Origin: the human T2T-CHM13v2.0 reference genome, Homo sapiens
DNA: 64,000 nucleotides
Assembly: GCF_009914755.1 (NCBI RefSeq)
Contig: NC_060927.1
Direction: 5' to 3' (one strand)
The translations under genes were made by a program, and so were the position numbers. The notes beneath the pieces were generated by a model. It was not told the DNA's origin, did no database searches, and saw only the letters and a program-made list of their open reading frames with translations. Shown here piece by piece: positions 12,846 through 26,763 of the stretch. The first letter of the stretch is position 1, and each line of letters opens with the position of its first letter.

Positions 12846-13764
12846 ATCTTTTCCTTCTTTCTTTGTAACCAAACCAAGATGCTAGAAGTGCTCTTTCTCA
12901 CTCATACAGCTCTGTTTGCAAAACGCTGCCCTCTTTAAATTAGAAACACATGAACAAATAAAAAATGCAATTTGGACAAATCTGCATGTTCTTTTAAAAT
13001 CATTAAAAATAAACTTTTCATTGCTCAACAACAACCCAATTGTTGTTGTTGTTTTAGCCGCTATATGATTGTTACAGTGTGATCTGGAAGAGAGGTATTT
13101 TGCTAAAATATGAATACAAATGCTTTGAGTACCTGACTAATGTATATCCAGTTACTACCTGTTTACTAAAAACGTCCTTTTTAACACCTGAATTTAGGAA
13201 ATAATTAGAAGATGCAGGCATTGATAATGAATAAACCTTTTCCCGATTCGATGTTTACCATGTACATTCCTTTTTTTTGATCTTATGCATTGACTTTGTT
13301 AAATAGAGATTACTTCATAGATAGTAAGACATCATCACAGGCATTTGTGGAGGGAAGGGACTTGTTTGTCTCTTGTCTGGATTTAGACAGAAGGTTCTCA
13401 CGGCCCTTGTGCTTTTTTGAAATCTTTCCTCTCACCTAGTATTGTGTTGGCCACATAGGAAGTAAATCCTCATTGATTAGAACTGAGTGAGTCAGAACAC
13501 AGAAATATGACCAAGAAAAAAAAAGCAGGATGAGTCAGACAAGAGTGAGAGGAACTGAGGTTTGAATGGAGGAGTAGGAGGAAGAGAAAGGAGACTTCAA
13601 TATGTGGAGATGGCAACTGCCCTGGGGGTGGGAGCTGCTTGGGGATGCAGGACTGCTAGAAACCAACAAGCCCATGTCTGAAACAGCTGAGAAAGATCCC
13701 ATTTTATATTCCCCTGTGAAAATAGAGAGGGATCTAATGGTATTTGGCTATTCATATTAGCCTC

Positions 13765-14069
13765 CTCATCTCCTTCTTGTCTTTGTGTCAACTTATTAAT
13801 GAGATCTTCTTTGACAATCCTACTTAAAACCCACCACCACTGCCCCCCAAACTTCCCTTATTATTTTAACTTTTAAAAATTATAATTTTAATTTCTTTCT
13901 TAGCACTTATTATCATCCAACATAGTTTATGTTACTCATATTTTCTTTATAATATTGGCTCTGTAATTGCAGGATTTGTTTCACTGTTATATCACTGGCA
14001 CCTAAAACAGTGTCTGACGTGTAGTAGATGCTCAATGTGTGTGGAGTCAGTGAATGAATAAATGGATGA
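13765..14069 (+). mobile_element. L2a 3' end
   Basis: tgtttcactgttatatc...gcacctaaaacagtgtctg...tgctcaat...gaatgaat. Confidence 0.75.
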
Positions 14070-14660
<591 letters not shown>

Positions 14661-15096
14661 GGATAAAAGACCCAAATGCAGCAACAGAAGTCTCGGGTAT
14701 GCACAGACTTACTTTGAGAGATTAAATACAGTGATCAATTACCCAAAAGTATAAACCTAACTGGTTTATATGTATCTCTGATTAAGGAGAGATCTTAACA
14801 GGGAAAAATAGACTCTCAGTGATAGCTGTGACTGAGTGAGGCTTTCAAAGCTGAACATTTAAGAAGAGGCCCTAAATTAGACATTCAAAAATAAAGGCAG
14901 ATGCCCCATGACAATGAGAATGCAAAGAAGTTAATATGAATTCCATTTCCCTTCTTAAAAAATACATTAGGAATATTTATCTTCAGTGAAAAGATTATCT
15001 GATTATTTTAGAAAAAGCAAACCTGTATAGCTTTTGATGTCAAGACTATATAGATATCAGCTATGTAAGAAGATAATAATGTCATCTACTTTGAGC

Positions 15097-15825
15097 CTGT
15101 GGTGTGCTAGAGTTGGCTGTTCAGCTTGTGAGAGTCAATTCTTAAGCACTCAAAAATCCTGACAGCTGGTTGTTAAACATTCATTATTAAAAATTAAATT
15201 GTATATTCCTTTACTATAGATTGATGTTTTTGTTCCTCGGTCTCCAAATTCCTTTATTGAAACCTAATCGTCAATATGAGAGTATATAAAGGTGAGAGTA
15301 TGTGTGGCCTTATAAAAGAGACTCCAGAAAACTTCCTTGTTCCTTCTGCCGTGTGAGGACACAGCTAAAGGCCCCATTGTTAACCTGAAAGAAGGCCCCC
15401 AACAGATACAGAATCTGCCAACACCTTGATCTTGCATTTCCCAGCACCCAGAACTGTGAGATACATTTCTGTTGTTCATTAGCCAGTCTGTCTTTGGTAT
15501 TTTGTTGTAGCAGCCTGAACAGATGAAGATAACTGTCAAGTTTAAATAAATTATACTAAAAGTTGATGAATCCTTCAAACTTATCAGTTCCTACTTGTTT
15601 TACAAGATTTTACTATTTGCTTTGCTTTTAAGGAAACTTAGAATTATCTGTGTGGTGGAGACACTATGTGGGCTACTGTGCATCTCTGTGTTCAGTGATG
15701 CCATGTTGATAGCTAGAGATCAGCTGCGGTGCGATTACTTACAGCATGGAAACAGGCAAATGCTGGGAAACAGGTGTCCCCCTACCCAAAGACACAGTCA
15801 TTAGGCATTTTCTGGGAAACCACTG
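15097..15825 (+). mobile_element. MER63-like hAT DNA transposon, split by MLT1A
   Basis: Termini ctgtggtgtgct...aaaccactg; perfect 8-bp TSD CTTTGAGC (15089-15096, 15826-15833), the hAT length; internal ggttgttaaaca motif. Confidence 0.8.
15212..15530 (+). mobile_element. MLT1A-type MaLR solo LTR
   Basis: ccttataaaagagactccaga...tgtgaggacacagc...caccttgatcttg...agaactgtgaga...tagcagcctgaac. Confidence 0.88.
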
Positions 15826-15959
15826 CTTTGAGCCCAGAGACCTAATAGTGTTGAAGGTCTTGGGGTTGAGTCTGACACACAGCAGAACTGTGTCATAATT
15901 GCGGTTCCTTAATAGCTCTTAAGTACTTTTTAAATATTTTGGTAAGTCCTATATTAGAG

Positions 15960-16355
15960 TCCTGTAAGTCTCTTCTACCTCCCTTGCTTCTAGACACAGG
16001 CATAGGACCGAAGAAGAAGGTGCTGTTTGAAATCTCCCTCCCTGGCAGCATTGGTGGAACACGAAGGAGGGGCATGGGTAGTCAGGGGTATTGTTGGGCT
16101 GCTCCTATGGTGGCTTTCTGGGTCTCCTGTGCTGTGAGAACTGTGCTGTCTCCATGCACCCTGCTGTGGGTAGATCACATCTTCAGGGAAGTGACAGAGT
16201 GACCTGGCTCTTATTCTGGGAAAATCAACCTCAGAGCTGAGCTTCAGTCTGGTTTTCTGGCTGTGAGCTTTTGGGGATTCTATGATATTCCTCTTCAACC
16301 AATTTATCTTCTGCTTGAAATACATAGATGGGTTCTGTGATTTGAAACAAAAAAG
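15960..16355 (+). mobile_element. Ancient ERVL/MaLR-type LTR remnant (family uncertain)
   Basis: 3' end ...aatttatcttctgcttga...ggttctgtgatttgaaac resembles the old LTR33/LTR41/MLT1 U5 region. Confidence 0.45.
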
Positions 16356-17554
16356 ATGGGTTAATGCAGCATCTTATATCCATTTTAGCACACATCAAAG
16401 AAATGATGCGTTTAAAATTTGACATTGTAGAAAAATACAATTATATTGCATAGATTAAAACTGTTACCACTTATTTGTTTTTATTCAAAAGTTGGAAAAT
16501 ATAGGAGTGTGCATTACCCATAACTTACCACTGCTAACATTTAATATTTCTTCCTTTCTCTTTTTCTATTCAGCATATATTTTAATAAGAGCAAGCTCAC
16601 ACTGTTTATATTGCATTGCACTTCACTACATTGGTGGCTTATCTTTCTAAATCAAAATTAATTCATTTCTAAATTTAGATATAGCTTATACGAGGACTTT
16701 CTTTTGAATCAGTTTCTTCTGAACCTTTGTTAAGATAAATTTTTGATTGTTGGAGATACAGTCTGATGTCCTGGAACAAGCATAGCATTTGCAATTCATT
16801 TACTTTTAAGTCACTTATTTAATACATGATTATTAAATATCTACCATGTGCAAGACACTGCTGTAAGTGATAGGGGTATGGCAGTGAGTATACAGACAAA
16901 AATTAATGCCCTCATGGAGCATATATGAGGGGAGAGATAGACAGCACAGCTAATGAGTAAGTAAATTATGGAGTATGGTAAAGTTGATAAGGTACCATAG
17001 AGAAAAATAAAGTTGGGCAAAGAGGATGGAAAGTGCTGGGGTGGAGAATGCTTACAATTCTAAATAGGATGGCTAGGGTAGGACTCACTGATGTTGTGAC
17101 AATTGAACCAGGACTCAAATGAGAGGGAGCTCTCTGGAAAAGAACCTTCCAGGCAGAGAGAGGAGCTAGTATAAAGACCTATTTGAGGGATACTGGCAAG
17201 GCCAGTTTGGCTGAAGGGGAGAATAGGAGATGAAGGTGAAAGAGATAAAGGGAGAGTTTAGATCACTTAGCATTGTTGGAGCATTGTTGCAAGAAGTATG
17301 GCTTTTACATTGAGTGAAGTGGGTGCCACTGAATTATTTTGAGCAGAGGGGAAACATAATTTGATTTATGTTTTAAAGGTATCACTTTTACTTCTAGAGA
17401 GTCAGAATGCCAACTTATATAGAAAGATTTGCCAACAAACACATACAACTGAGATATTTCTTTTGAAACTATTTTTGTACAGCAAGTTTTAAAAAGATGG
17501 TAATTAACAAAATTAAAGATGAAATAAACTTAAAATAAAAGGTATCACCCTGAC

Positions 17555-17718
17555 TTCTGTATTCAGAGTGTTGTCTGTGAGCCAGGAGTATCAACATTTC
17601 CTAGAGCAATGTTAGAAATAAAGACTTTTAGGACCCATGTCAGATCTACTAAATTAGAATTTGCCTCTAATAAGATCCCAAGGTAATTTATCGGCATGAT
17701 ACCACTTGACAAACAGTA
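17555..17718. mobile_element. MER5B-like hAT MITE
   Basis: tgttagaaat...cagatctactaaattagaatttg...aataagatcccaaggtaattt. Confidence 0.6.
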
Positions 17719-18207
17719 ATATATAGAGGAGGGGGGTAAGAGAAAAAGGCCAGAGAGAGTTAAGTGGCATTTGCTATATTCTGAGTAAGAGTTAGTAATA
17801 GCATGGACCGGTGGTGGTTGTGAGAAGAAAAACTGGATGTGAGATGTAAAAGAAAGGACAAACCAAGAATGACTCCATGGTTTTTGGACTGAGCAAGTGG
17901 AAAGAAGTTCTCATTAACTAAATCGGGGGGAAAAAACAGGTGTTTTTTTCAAATTATATTTGAGATGTGGGATGGTTTATCTCCCACGCCAACTTGGAGG
18001 GTGGAGGGTGTTTTGGGATGAGAATGACATTTAAATCAGTGAACGTTGGGTAAAGTAGATTGGCCTCCAAATATGTGTGGTCCCATCCCATCAGTTGAAG
18101 GCCTGAATAGAACTAAAAGACTGTCCTCCTCAAGAAAGGGGGTATTAATTCTCCAGAAGACTTCCTGCAGCCTGCAATTGCACCATCAGCTTTCCTGGGT
18201 CTGCTTC

Positions 18208-18287
18208 ATTCTCTTTTCTTTCTCCCTTTCCCTTTCCCTTTCTCTCTTTCTCTCTCTCTTTCTGTCTTTCTTTCTTTCTTTCTTTTT

Positions 18288-18342
<55 letters not shown>

Positions 18343-18427
18343 CTTTCTTTCTCTTTCTCACTCTTTCTTTCTCTCTATTTCTTTCTTTCTCTCTTTCCTT
18401 CTTTCTCTCTTTCTCTCTCTCTCTCCT
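18208..18427. repeat. (TTTC)n/(TC)n microsatellite adjoining the Alu tail
   Basis: Direct inspection. Confidence 0.95.
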
Positions 18428-18721
<294 letters not shown>

Positions 18722-19296
18722 TGCAAATTTCAATATAAAGTGATTTATTCCTGTCGGCTGTTTCTCCGGAGAGCCCATAATAATAGAAGATATTAAATAG
18801 TTATTTCAGTCTGAGTTTAGACTGAATCTAAAAATACAAAATTGACAGTCACCAGCATATAACTTAAATTTAAAGTCATCGGAGTAAATAAAATCACTAA
18901 AGAAATGAGGTATATAAAGAGGGGAAGTCAAAAAGCCTAACCTCTGGGGCCCTCCAACATTAAGAGGTCAGAGAGAAAAGAACCAGCAAAGGCTCAACAG
19001 GAGGGGCCAGAGCAGAGGGAGAAAAATCAGGTGAATGTGTTGGGGTGGAAGCCAGGCAAAGGAGTATACAAAGGAGTATATCATTAATGTGTCTAATGCT
19101 ATTGGTAAGTCAGGTAAGATGAGGATTGAGAATTAGATGTAACAAGACAGAGGTCTTAGGTGTCCTTGATAAGGGCAATGTTGATAACGAGAGTTGGGGA
19201 TTTGAAAATGAAACTGCAGTGAGTTTGGGAGAAAATGGGAGGAGAGTAAATGGACATTTAAATTTGTCTTTGTATGACTCTTTTATTTAAGCAAAT

Positions 19297-19558
19297 TTTT
19301 AAAAATAGATTATTTTTGTAGCAGTTTTAGATTTACCAAAAAATTGAGCAGAGAGTTTCCATATAGTTCTTACCTCCCACAGTTTCCCCTATTGTTAACA
19401 ACTTGAATTAATGTAGTGCATTTATTACAACTGATAAATGAACATTGATAAATTATTATTAACTAAAGCCCATAGTTTACAATAAGGTACATTCTTTGTG
19501 TTATACAGTTCAATGAGTTTTGAAAAATCTATAATGTCATGTATCCATCATTACAGTT
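19297..19558 (-). mobile_element. L1MC-type 3' end
   Basis: agcagttttagattt...aaattgagcaga...tattattaactaaagcccatagtttaca. Confidence 0.8.
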
Positions 19559-19579
19559 AAATTTTTAAATCACAGATCA

Positions 19580-19710
19580 ATTGCTTACTAGCTGTGTGAT
19601 CTTGAACAGATTACCTCAATCTGAGTCTCTATAAATTGTTGTGGTTAAGCAAAATAAAATAGATGAAAATGCCTAGAATGAATACTGACACCTATTAAAT
19701 GTTAATTTTC
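19580..19710 (+). mobile_element. MIR fragment
   Basis: cttactagctgtgtgatcttgaaca. Confidence 0.65.
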
Positions 19711-21084
19711 TTCCATTCTCTTTTGAATAAAAACCAAAAGATATAGTCAAATACCTATAGTTTTCTTAAAGTGCAACTTTGCAATTTTACAATAAATTAC
19801 ATATTTTCTGTTTGTGTCTTTAAAAAAATTTCAGGACATATATCCTCCCCAAATAAATGTTTTACTATCATAATTTTTAGTATTTGGTCCAGATGACTCT
19901 TTTGGTTCAGGGTGATAAAGAGGCCAAGTCATCAGTTGATCTTTATATGGGTCAGTTAGTTCTACAATAAGAAAAATGGTTACATTGCCACAGATAGCAC
20001 ATCTTACCAACCCTGGCCATCCATCTCTCAGATAGACTGAAAGAGGCCTCAGCCTGTGAACGCAGATTTCCCAGTGCAATTTCATCACTTTTAGAGAAAC
20101 AACAAATGCTATAAGGCTTTCAAGCAATAGAACACATTCTTAAGTGAAAGCCATTTCCATGTAGTTTTTGGCAGAAGGAATTCAAACATTGCATGGAATG
20201 TTAATTAGATAACCTTTAAAGACCCCTTTAGCCTGATACCCGCACAAAATTTATTTAAAAGCTAGCAAAATAAATGTGAGGTTCTGGGGTCAGAAAACTG
20301 TATTCTTGAGGAAAACTGACTTTGAGAAGAAATTGGTTTAAAATCTTAAAAGAAGTTTTGATGGATTTGATAGAAGAAAAGAAAAAGGAGATTTTTTGTT
20401 TGGTTTGGTTTTGGAAGCTGCAATGATCTTTTGTTTCATGGAATGAAAATATATTTTGATAGGAAACACTGTATTTGGGAAAGTATCCAATTTGTGGAAT
20501 GATGCAGCTAATGATTAGGCTGTGTTGAACTGGATTGATTCAATAAGAAAATAGAAACAAACATGCTTTTTCCAGCTTTTCTGAAAAATTTATATTAAAA
20601 TTTATCTTTTTGAATTGGAATGGAAGTCTAATAATAGTTGTTGGTCTTGAATTGACAATAAATCTTGTCACGGGAGGTAGAGTTAACTAAGAGTCAGTGT
20701 TACCAAAGGTGGCATTAATGGGTATATCCACCCTCCAGACAGAGGAAGTTAGATTAGCAGCAGTTTTTGGCATCAGTGCAGGATTTGGAGGGACTGAGCT
20801 GGATAAGGGAGAATAGAGTGGCGGAGATTTCACAGCAATATGAATTCATGTTTCAGATAAAAACTAGACAAGATTTAGTGTCAGGTTAGCTAGACTAGGG
20901 CAAGAGAAGTCCGGAAAAGTAAGCCAAAGAGATACTGAAGAGAATCCTGGCTGCCCCAGATTGTCTCATTTGGATGGATTGCTCAGGTTTCCAGTGTACA
21001 GCCCTCTACCAAGTCACTCTTTATAGCCCTCACAGAGGTAGGTTTCCATTTACTAGGTAATTCATTTAATACCTTCATGAGTTT

Positions 21085-22072
21085 TGGTATATTCATGTAC
21101 CATCATATGATCGACTTATATTTTCTTATATCAATTGACTTTTTAAAGCCATAAATACATTTGTCTTAAAAAGGAACTTTGTATTATTAATACTATTGTA
21201 AATGGAACATCTTTCACTGTAAAAGGAAGGTAACTATAAATATAAGTACAATGGAAACAAGGCAGTGTTATTAATAATTAGCAACTAATTATTAATAACT
21301 AATAATAATAACTAATAATAATACCTAATTAGTAACTAATTATTAATAACTAAGAGTAATGAGTAGCTGATTACTCTTGCACTTTTGCCAGGCTTTGATA
21401 TTTGATGTACACTTTCTCTTTATTAAATGGGATATTACCTAAGTGTTGGATCATTGATAATGACTATTACCAAATCGAGTCTCCCTCTCCAATGAGAAGA
21501 GCTGAAAGAATATAGAAATTTCATTATATGATTCAATGTTATTTATTGCCTTGTCTAGCCGTAATGTGAACACTTTTCATATACCAACTGGTTTGGATGC
21601 TGATTCCCTTCCAATCTCATGCTGAAATCTGAGGGGAATGTTGGATGTGAGGCCTAATGGGAGGTGTTTGGGTCATGGGTGTGGATTCCTCATGGATGAA
21701 TAGATTAATGCCCTCCCTTGGAGGTGAGTGAGTTCTCACTCTATTATTTCCTGCTAGAGTTGGTTGTTTAAAGAAGTCTGGCACTTTCCATGCTCTTTCT
21801 TGCTTCCTCTGTTGCCGTGTGATCTCTGCACACATTGACTCTCCTTTACCTTATACCATGAGTGGGAACAGGCTGAGCAAAAGTCTGGGAACTCTTCACC
21901 AGATGCAGATTTCCAATCTTGAACTTTCCAGCTACAGAATTATGAGCCAAATATATATTTTTTCTTTATAAGTTACCCAGCCTCAGATATTACTTTATAG
22001 CAACACAAAATAAATTAAGACACCACCCAAGATCATTTCATGTACCACTCAAAATCATTTTGGGGAAATATT
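21085..22072. mobile_element. hAT-Charlie element (MER113-like), split by an MST LTR
   Basis: aagatcatttcatgtaccac...ttttggggaaatattg terminus and matching AT-rich interior. Confidence 0.5.
21589..22022 (+). mobile_element. MSTB-like MaLR solo LTR
   Basis: tggtttggat...gggaggtgtttgggtcatggg...gtgagtgagttctcactct...tatagcaacacaaaa...aagaca. Confidence 0.9.
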
Positions 22073-23363
22073 GCTCTAGAATAAAATTTCTAAAATCTGG
22101 AACAATACCAACATTTATGCGTAAACTTCTGATCTTTGAAAGCTTGTTGCTGGGTCTGTATCAAAGTAAAATTATGGATAATATGTGAATTTTTTATTTG
22201 TAAAGTGAATTCAATTTATGAGTATTATGAGACTATGCCTTATTTTTAATGTTAAAAAGTTTTCTCACATAAAGTGAGGATGATGGAGGAGGAAATTCTG
22301 ACTTTATATTGAAAACATGTAAATACTTGTTCTCTATTTTGATAAGTCTTTTGTGATTGATTAACACCACAGTTTAGGAAACCACGGGTCTAGTCTTTTA
22401 ATCTTGAAAGGTTGCAGATTCTCCACTTATTCTTGTGCTCCTTTCATATATTGTGATCTTATGTGTAAGGATACCTCAGAGAAGTAAGCTCTAGCTTATC
22501 TGTGGGTCTGCCTTGTAGAGACTGTAAGATGAGGGAAAAAATGAGTTCATAAATGGTGAATGTCTTTGATGAGTGAAAACTCTTACGTGTGAGATAGTTT
22601 GATCATCTTCCTGGAGCTGGTGTTACCTGAGTCAGAGGCAATGTTATATCCTTGGATTTGGGTTTTAAAGGGTCTGTGATGTTCATAGCTTTTGAGACTC
22701 TGGTTGTTTCTTTACTCACGGGGGAAAAAAAAACCCAAAAAACCAAGAAGAAAACAAGACTCTGTTGCCCTAGTCTTTAGTCTTCCCATCACTTAAAGTG
22801 CAAGAGGCAGAGATCCTGCTAGGAGAAATCATGACCAAAAAACTTTAGATTCCTCAAATTATATTTATGTGATATTAAAGACACATTGCTTGTTTAATTT
22901 AGAAATTAGAACTGAAATCCAAAGGCATTAAGTGACGTAATGCCAGCTGTGTTTGCATTGGCATGCCTTTATACATGTCGGCACGAAGCTAGTTATAATA
23001 TTCCCATCTCATCCTCTGAATTTTGATAGGTTCCCTAGTGTCATTTCCTTTTTTAATTTTTTTTTCCTGATTTTGGTCATTTGTTTTTTTTTTTCTGTTT
23101 TTCTTGTCAGAGTGGCTAAAGTTTTATTATCAATTTTGTTAATAAAAGAATAATATTTTAGTTTGATTGTTTCCTTCCCTTTTTTTGTTTTCTACATAAT
23201 TGGTTTCTGTTCTTATCTCTATGATTTCCTACACTCTACTTAATTTTGGTTTAATTTTTCTCTTGTTTTTCTATGCTCTTAGAGTGGAAAATGTTAAAAT
23301 CTTTCTTTCCAATATAAAGCTTTAACACTATACACTTTAAGCAAAAAATTAGCTGCACGACTG

Positions 23364-23910
23364 TATAGTATGTACTTTTAATTTGCTGTATATTATGATG
23401 CTTTCACATCTTAAAAAATCTTTGCAGTTGGGGAGATACTGCTCCTCAGCAGGGGTAGCTTAACTCTATAGATAGCAAGGGCTCAGCTTGGAGTACGCCC
23501 TTCATATGCAAACTAACCAATCTGGAACCATATGCCTTCTATCTGCCCTTACATCTCAGGAGACAATATTTATCTACTTTAATCATCCCAAGGCCAGGTA
23601 CGGGGCAACCAGGGGCTTCCTATGGTTAAGAGTTCATTAAAATATTCAAATGAGCCAATCCTAGATCATTCGCCTTGCCTTGCCTTGCCTTTCCTGCAGA
23701 AACCCCAACAAAGGCTCTGGCCTAATACCTTCCCCTCATTTCTGCTTCTGCTTCCTGACCAAAAGTTGGTGTTCCTTCTGTAGCCATTTGTAGCAAGCCA
23801 TGACTCTCATTTCTAGGGGAACTGTGAGTAACACTCAACTTTTCTTTCAGTGGCATTCATCTTTTCATGTACTTAGGCACCTTTAAAAATTAAGCCCTTG
23901 GCACAGAATA
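23364..23910 (+). mobile_element. MER74-family (ERVL) solo LTR
   Basis: ttcatatgcaaactaaccaatc, ggccaggtac, agccaatccta, aaaggctct, gggaactgtgagtaaca. Confidence 0.75.
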
Positions 23911-25780
23911 ATTCCATAAGTTTGTCATTTGTGTTTTTGTTTCCATTCAGTTCAAGAGATTTCCTAATTCCCCTTGTGATTTCTTCTTTGACTTATTGAC
24001 TACTTAGAAGCGTGTTGATTTTCAAATATTTGGGGATTTTCTAAATGTATTTATGTTGCTAATTTCTAATTTAAATTTTTTATAGTAAAGAAATATTTTG
24101 TATGATTTCAATCCTTTAAATTAATTGAGTTTTTTTATGGCCTAACATTTGATCTTAGAGTGTTCTATGTGGGCTAGACAATAATGTGTGCACTGATGTT
24201 GTTGGATACAGAGTCTGTAAATGTTGGGTCAAGAAATCTGATACTACTATTCAAGTCTTCTATATCCTTATCGATTATATTTATAGTTGTTTTATGAATT
24301 ACTGAAAGTAGTATTGAAATCTCCAACCATATAATTGTTGAAGATAAATGGATAATTTATCCATTTAAATCTGTTGTTTTTGCTTTGTAATCATGAGTTT
24401 CTTTTGTTAGGTACATTTATAATTTCAAGTATTACTGAAGTATTGACTCCTTCATTATTATTAAATTTCCTTATTTGTCTGCCTTGAGTAATGTTTCTTG
24501 TCTTAAATTCTATTTAATTTGCTATTAATTTAGCCATTGCAGCTTTCTAATATTTATGGTTTGCATGGTATACATTTTTCCATCATTTAACTTTTTCTCT
24601 CTTGTCTTTAAATCTCAATGTGCCTGTTATAGAACATATTTACTTTGGTTATGATTTTTTTAACCCAGCCTAACAATTTCACCTTTTGATTGGGATGTTC
24701 CATTCATTCATATTTAATGTAGCTATGGATATGTTGTATTTACATCTACCATTTTTCTTTTCATTCTAAATGTCTTGCGTTTCTTTTAATCCTCTATTCT
24801 TCATTTTCTGCCTTCTTCTGTGTTAGATATTATTTGTGTGTACCATTAGATTCCTCTGCTCATTATTAACTATGTTTTAAAAGTTATTCTCTTAGTAATT
24901 GTTCTGAGGAATACAATAGATTGTTACAATCTATTTCAGGCCAATTCTGGTAAAATATAATAGTTTTGTTCCAGTGTAGTCCTATATTATTCTCCCCTTT
25001 GATTGTTGTGTTATAGCTGTACATCTATATATAAGCAGTTTTATATTTATTGCTTTATTCAGTGTTATGCATTTGAGAGAAAGTAAGAGAATAGATAAAA
25101 ATATTTTTATACTTAAAAAAGTTTACCCACATATTATATCTGATGCTTCTTATTTCTTCCTGTGGATTCAAGTAACTGGTACAATTTTCTTTCAGCCTAA
25201 AAAAAATTTAATTTTTTTCTTGTAGTAAAAATCTCCTAATAGCAAATTATTTTCAAAAAGCAAGTAACTAGAAATATGTTCATTTGCATTTATTTTTGAA
25301 GAATAGTTTTGCTGGACATAGAATTCTTGCCAGCAAGTGTTTTTGTTATACTTTAAGCCTTTCGATATACCATTCCACTGTTTTCTGGCCTTGATTCTTT
25401 CTGATGAGAGAGTGATCATTATGTCCTTGTCCCCTGTATGTAATAAACAATTTTTCCTCTTGCTACTTTTAATATTTTCTCTCAATCTCTCATAAGTTTA
25501 AGCATGTTATTTCAAGTTGCAGATTTTTCTGACTTTACCCCTTTGGGATTGACCATTTACATGTATATTGATATGACTGATGTCATCCCACAGATTTTGT
25601 ATGCTGTTCATTTCCCTTCATTTTTTATTCACTGTTTTTTATATTAATTTCCATTAATTTCTCCTCAAGTTCACTGATTCTTTTGCCATCTCAAATTTGC
25701 TGTTAAGCCCATCTAATCAGTTTTCATTTCTTGTTGTACTTTTCAATTTTAGAATTTCCATTTGAGTCTTTGCTGGCAAG

Positions 25781-26415
25781 TTTTTTTGAAATATGATTCA
25801 CATACCATAGCTCACTCATTTAAAGTGTACAGTTCTATGGTATCTAATATACTCACAAAGTTGGACAGCCATTACTGCAATCAATTTTAGAAATTTTTAT
25901 TATACCAAAAAAAAAATCCAGTATCTTTAAGCAACCATTCCCTAACAGCTCTTTCCAACCCTATACAACTACAAATCTACTTTCTGTCTCTATAGATTGT
26001 TCATTCTGGACATTGTTCATTTGTTCATTCTGTTCATTCCATTCCATAAATGGAATTAATATGTTTCTTTTATGGGTGACTTACTTAGCTTAATGTTTTC
26101 AAGATTCATCCATGTTACTGCAAGTTTCAGTACTTTATTTCTTTTTATTGTTGAAAAATATTATATGAATATACCACATTTTATTTATCCATTAATCAAT
26201 TAATAAACATTTGCATTGTTTCTACTTTTTAGCTATTATGAATAATGTTGTTAACAATATTTGTAAACAAGTTTTCATGTAGACATGCGTTTTCAATTAT
26301 GTTGCATATATACCTAAGAATAGAAATGCTTAGTCATATGATAATTCGTTTCACCTTTTGAAGAACTCCCAGGCTGTTTCCAAAGTGGCCACACCATTTT
26401 ACATGTCCACAAGCA
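25781..26415 (-). mobile_element. L1MB-type 3' end
   Basis: attcacataccata...tttaaagtgtacagttc...aatctactttctgtctctatagat...gtttccaaagtggc. Confidence 0.85.
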
Positions 26416-26763
26416 GTACTTGCTTCTTTTGTATACACTCTGTTTCTGTATTGAATTCTCTATTTGTCAAGTCACTGTCATATATTTTGAATATAGTTCA
26501 TTTTAATTCTTTGCATATATTTATAATGGCTTTTTGAAATGTGTTGTCTGCTCGATCCTGTATCTGGATCTACTTAGAGTCAGTTTTTCATTGACTGCTT
26601 TTTCCCCTTGAGAAGTAAGCTTTGCTACTTTGAAAATGTAACATACAGGCATATACCTTGCAGATATTGCAGGATCGGTTCCAGACCACCACAATAAAGG
26701 GAGTATCACAATAAAGTGAGTCATACAAATATTTTTTCCCAGCGTATATAACAGTTATATTTT

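Noticed and set aside
13026-13051. (CAA)n/(GTT)n inverted microsatellite hairpin
   Set aside because: Short and low-complexity; expected by chance
20665-20960. Possible ancient LTR starting TGTCACGG
   Set aside because: No terminus, TSD or family motif that I can support
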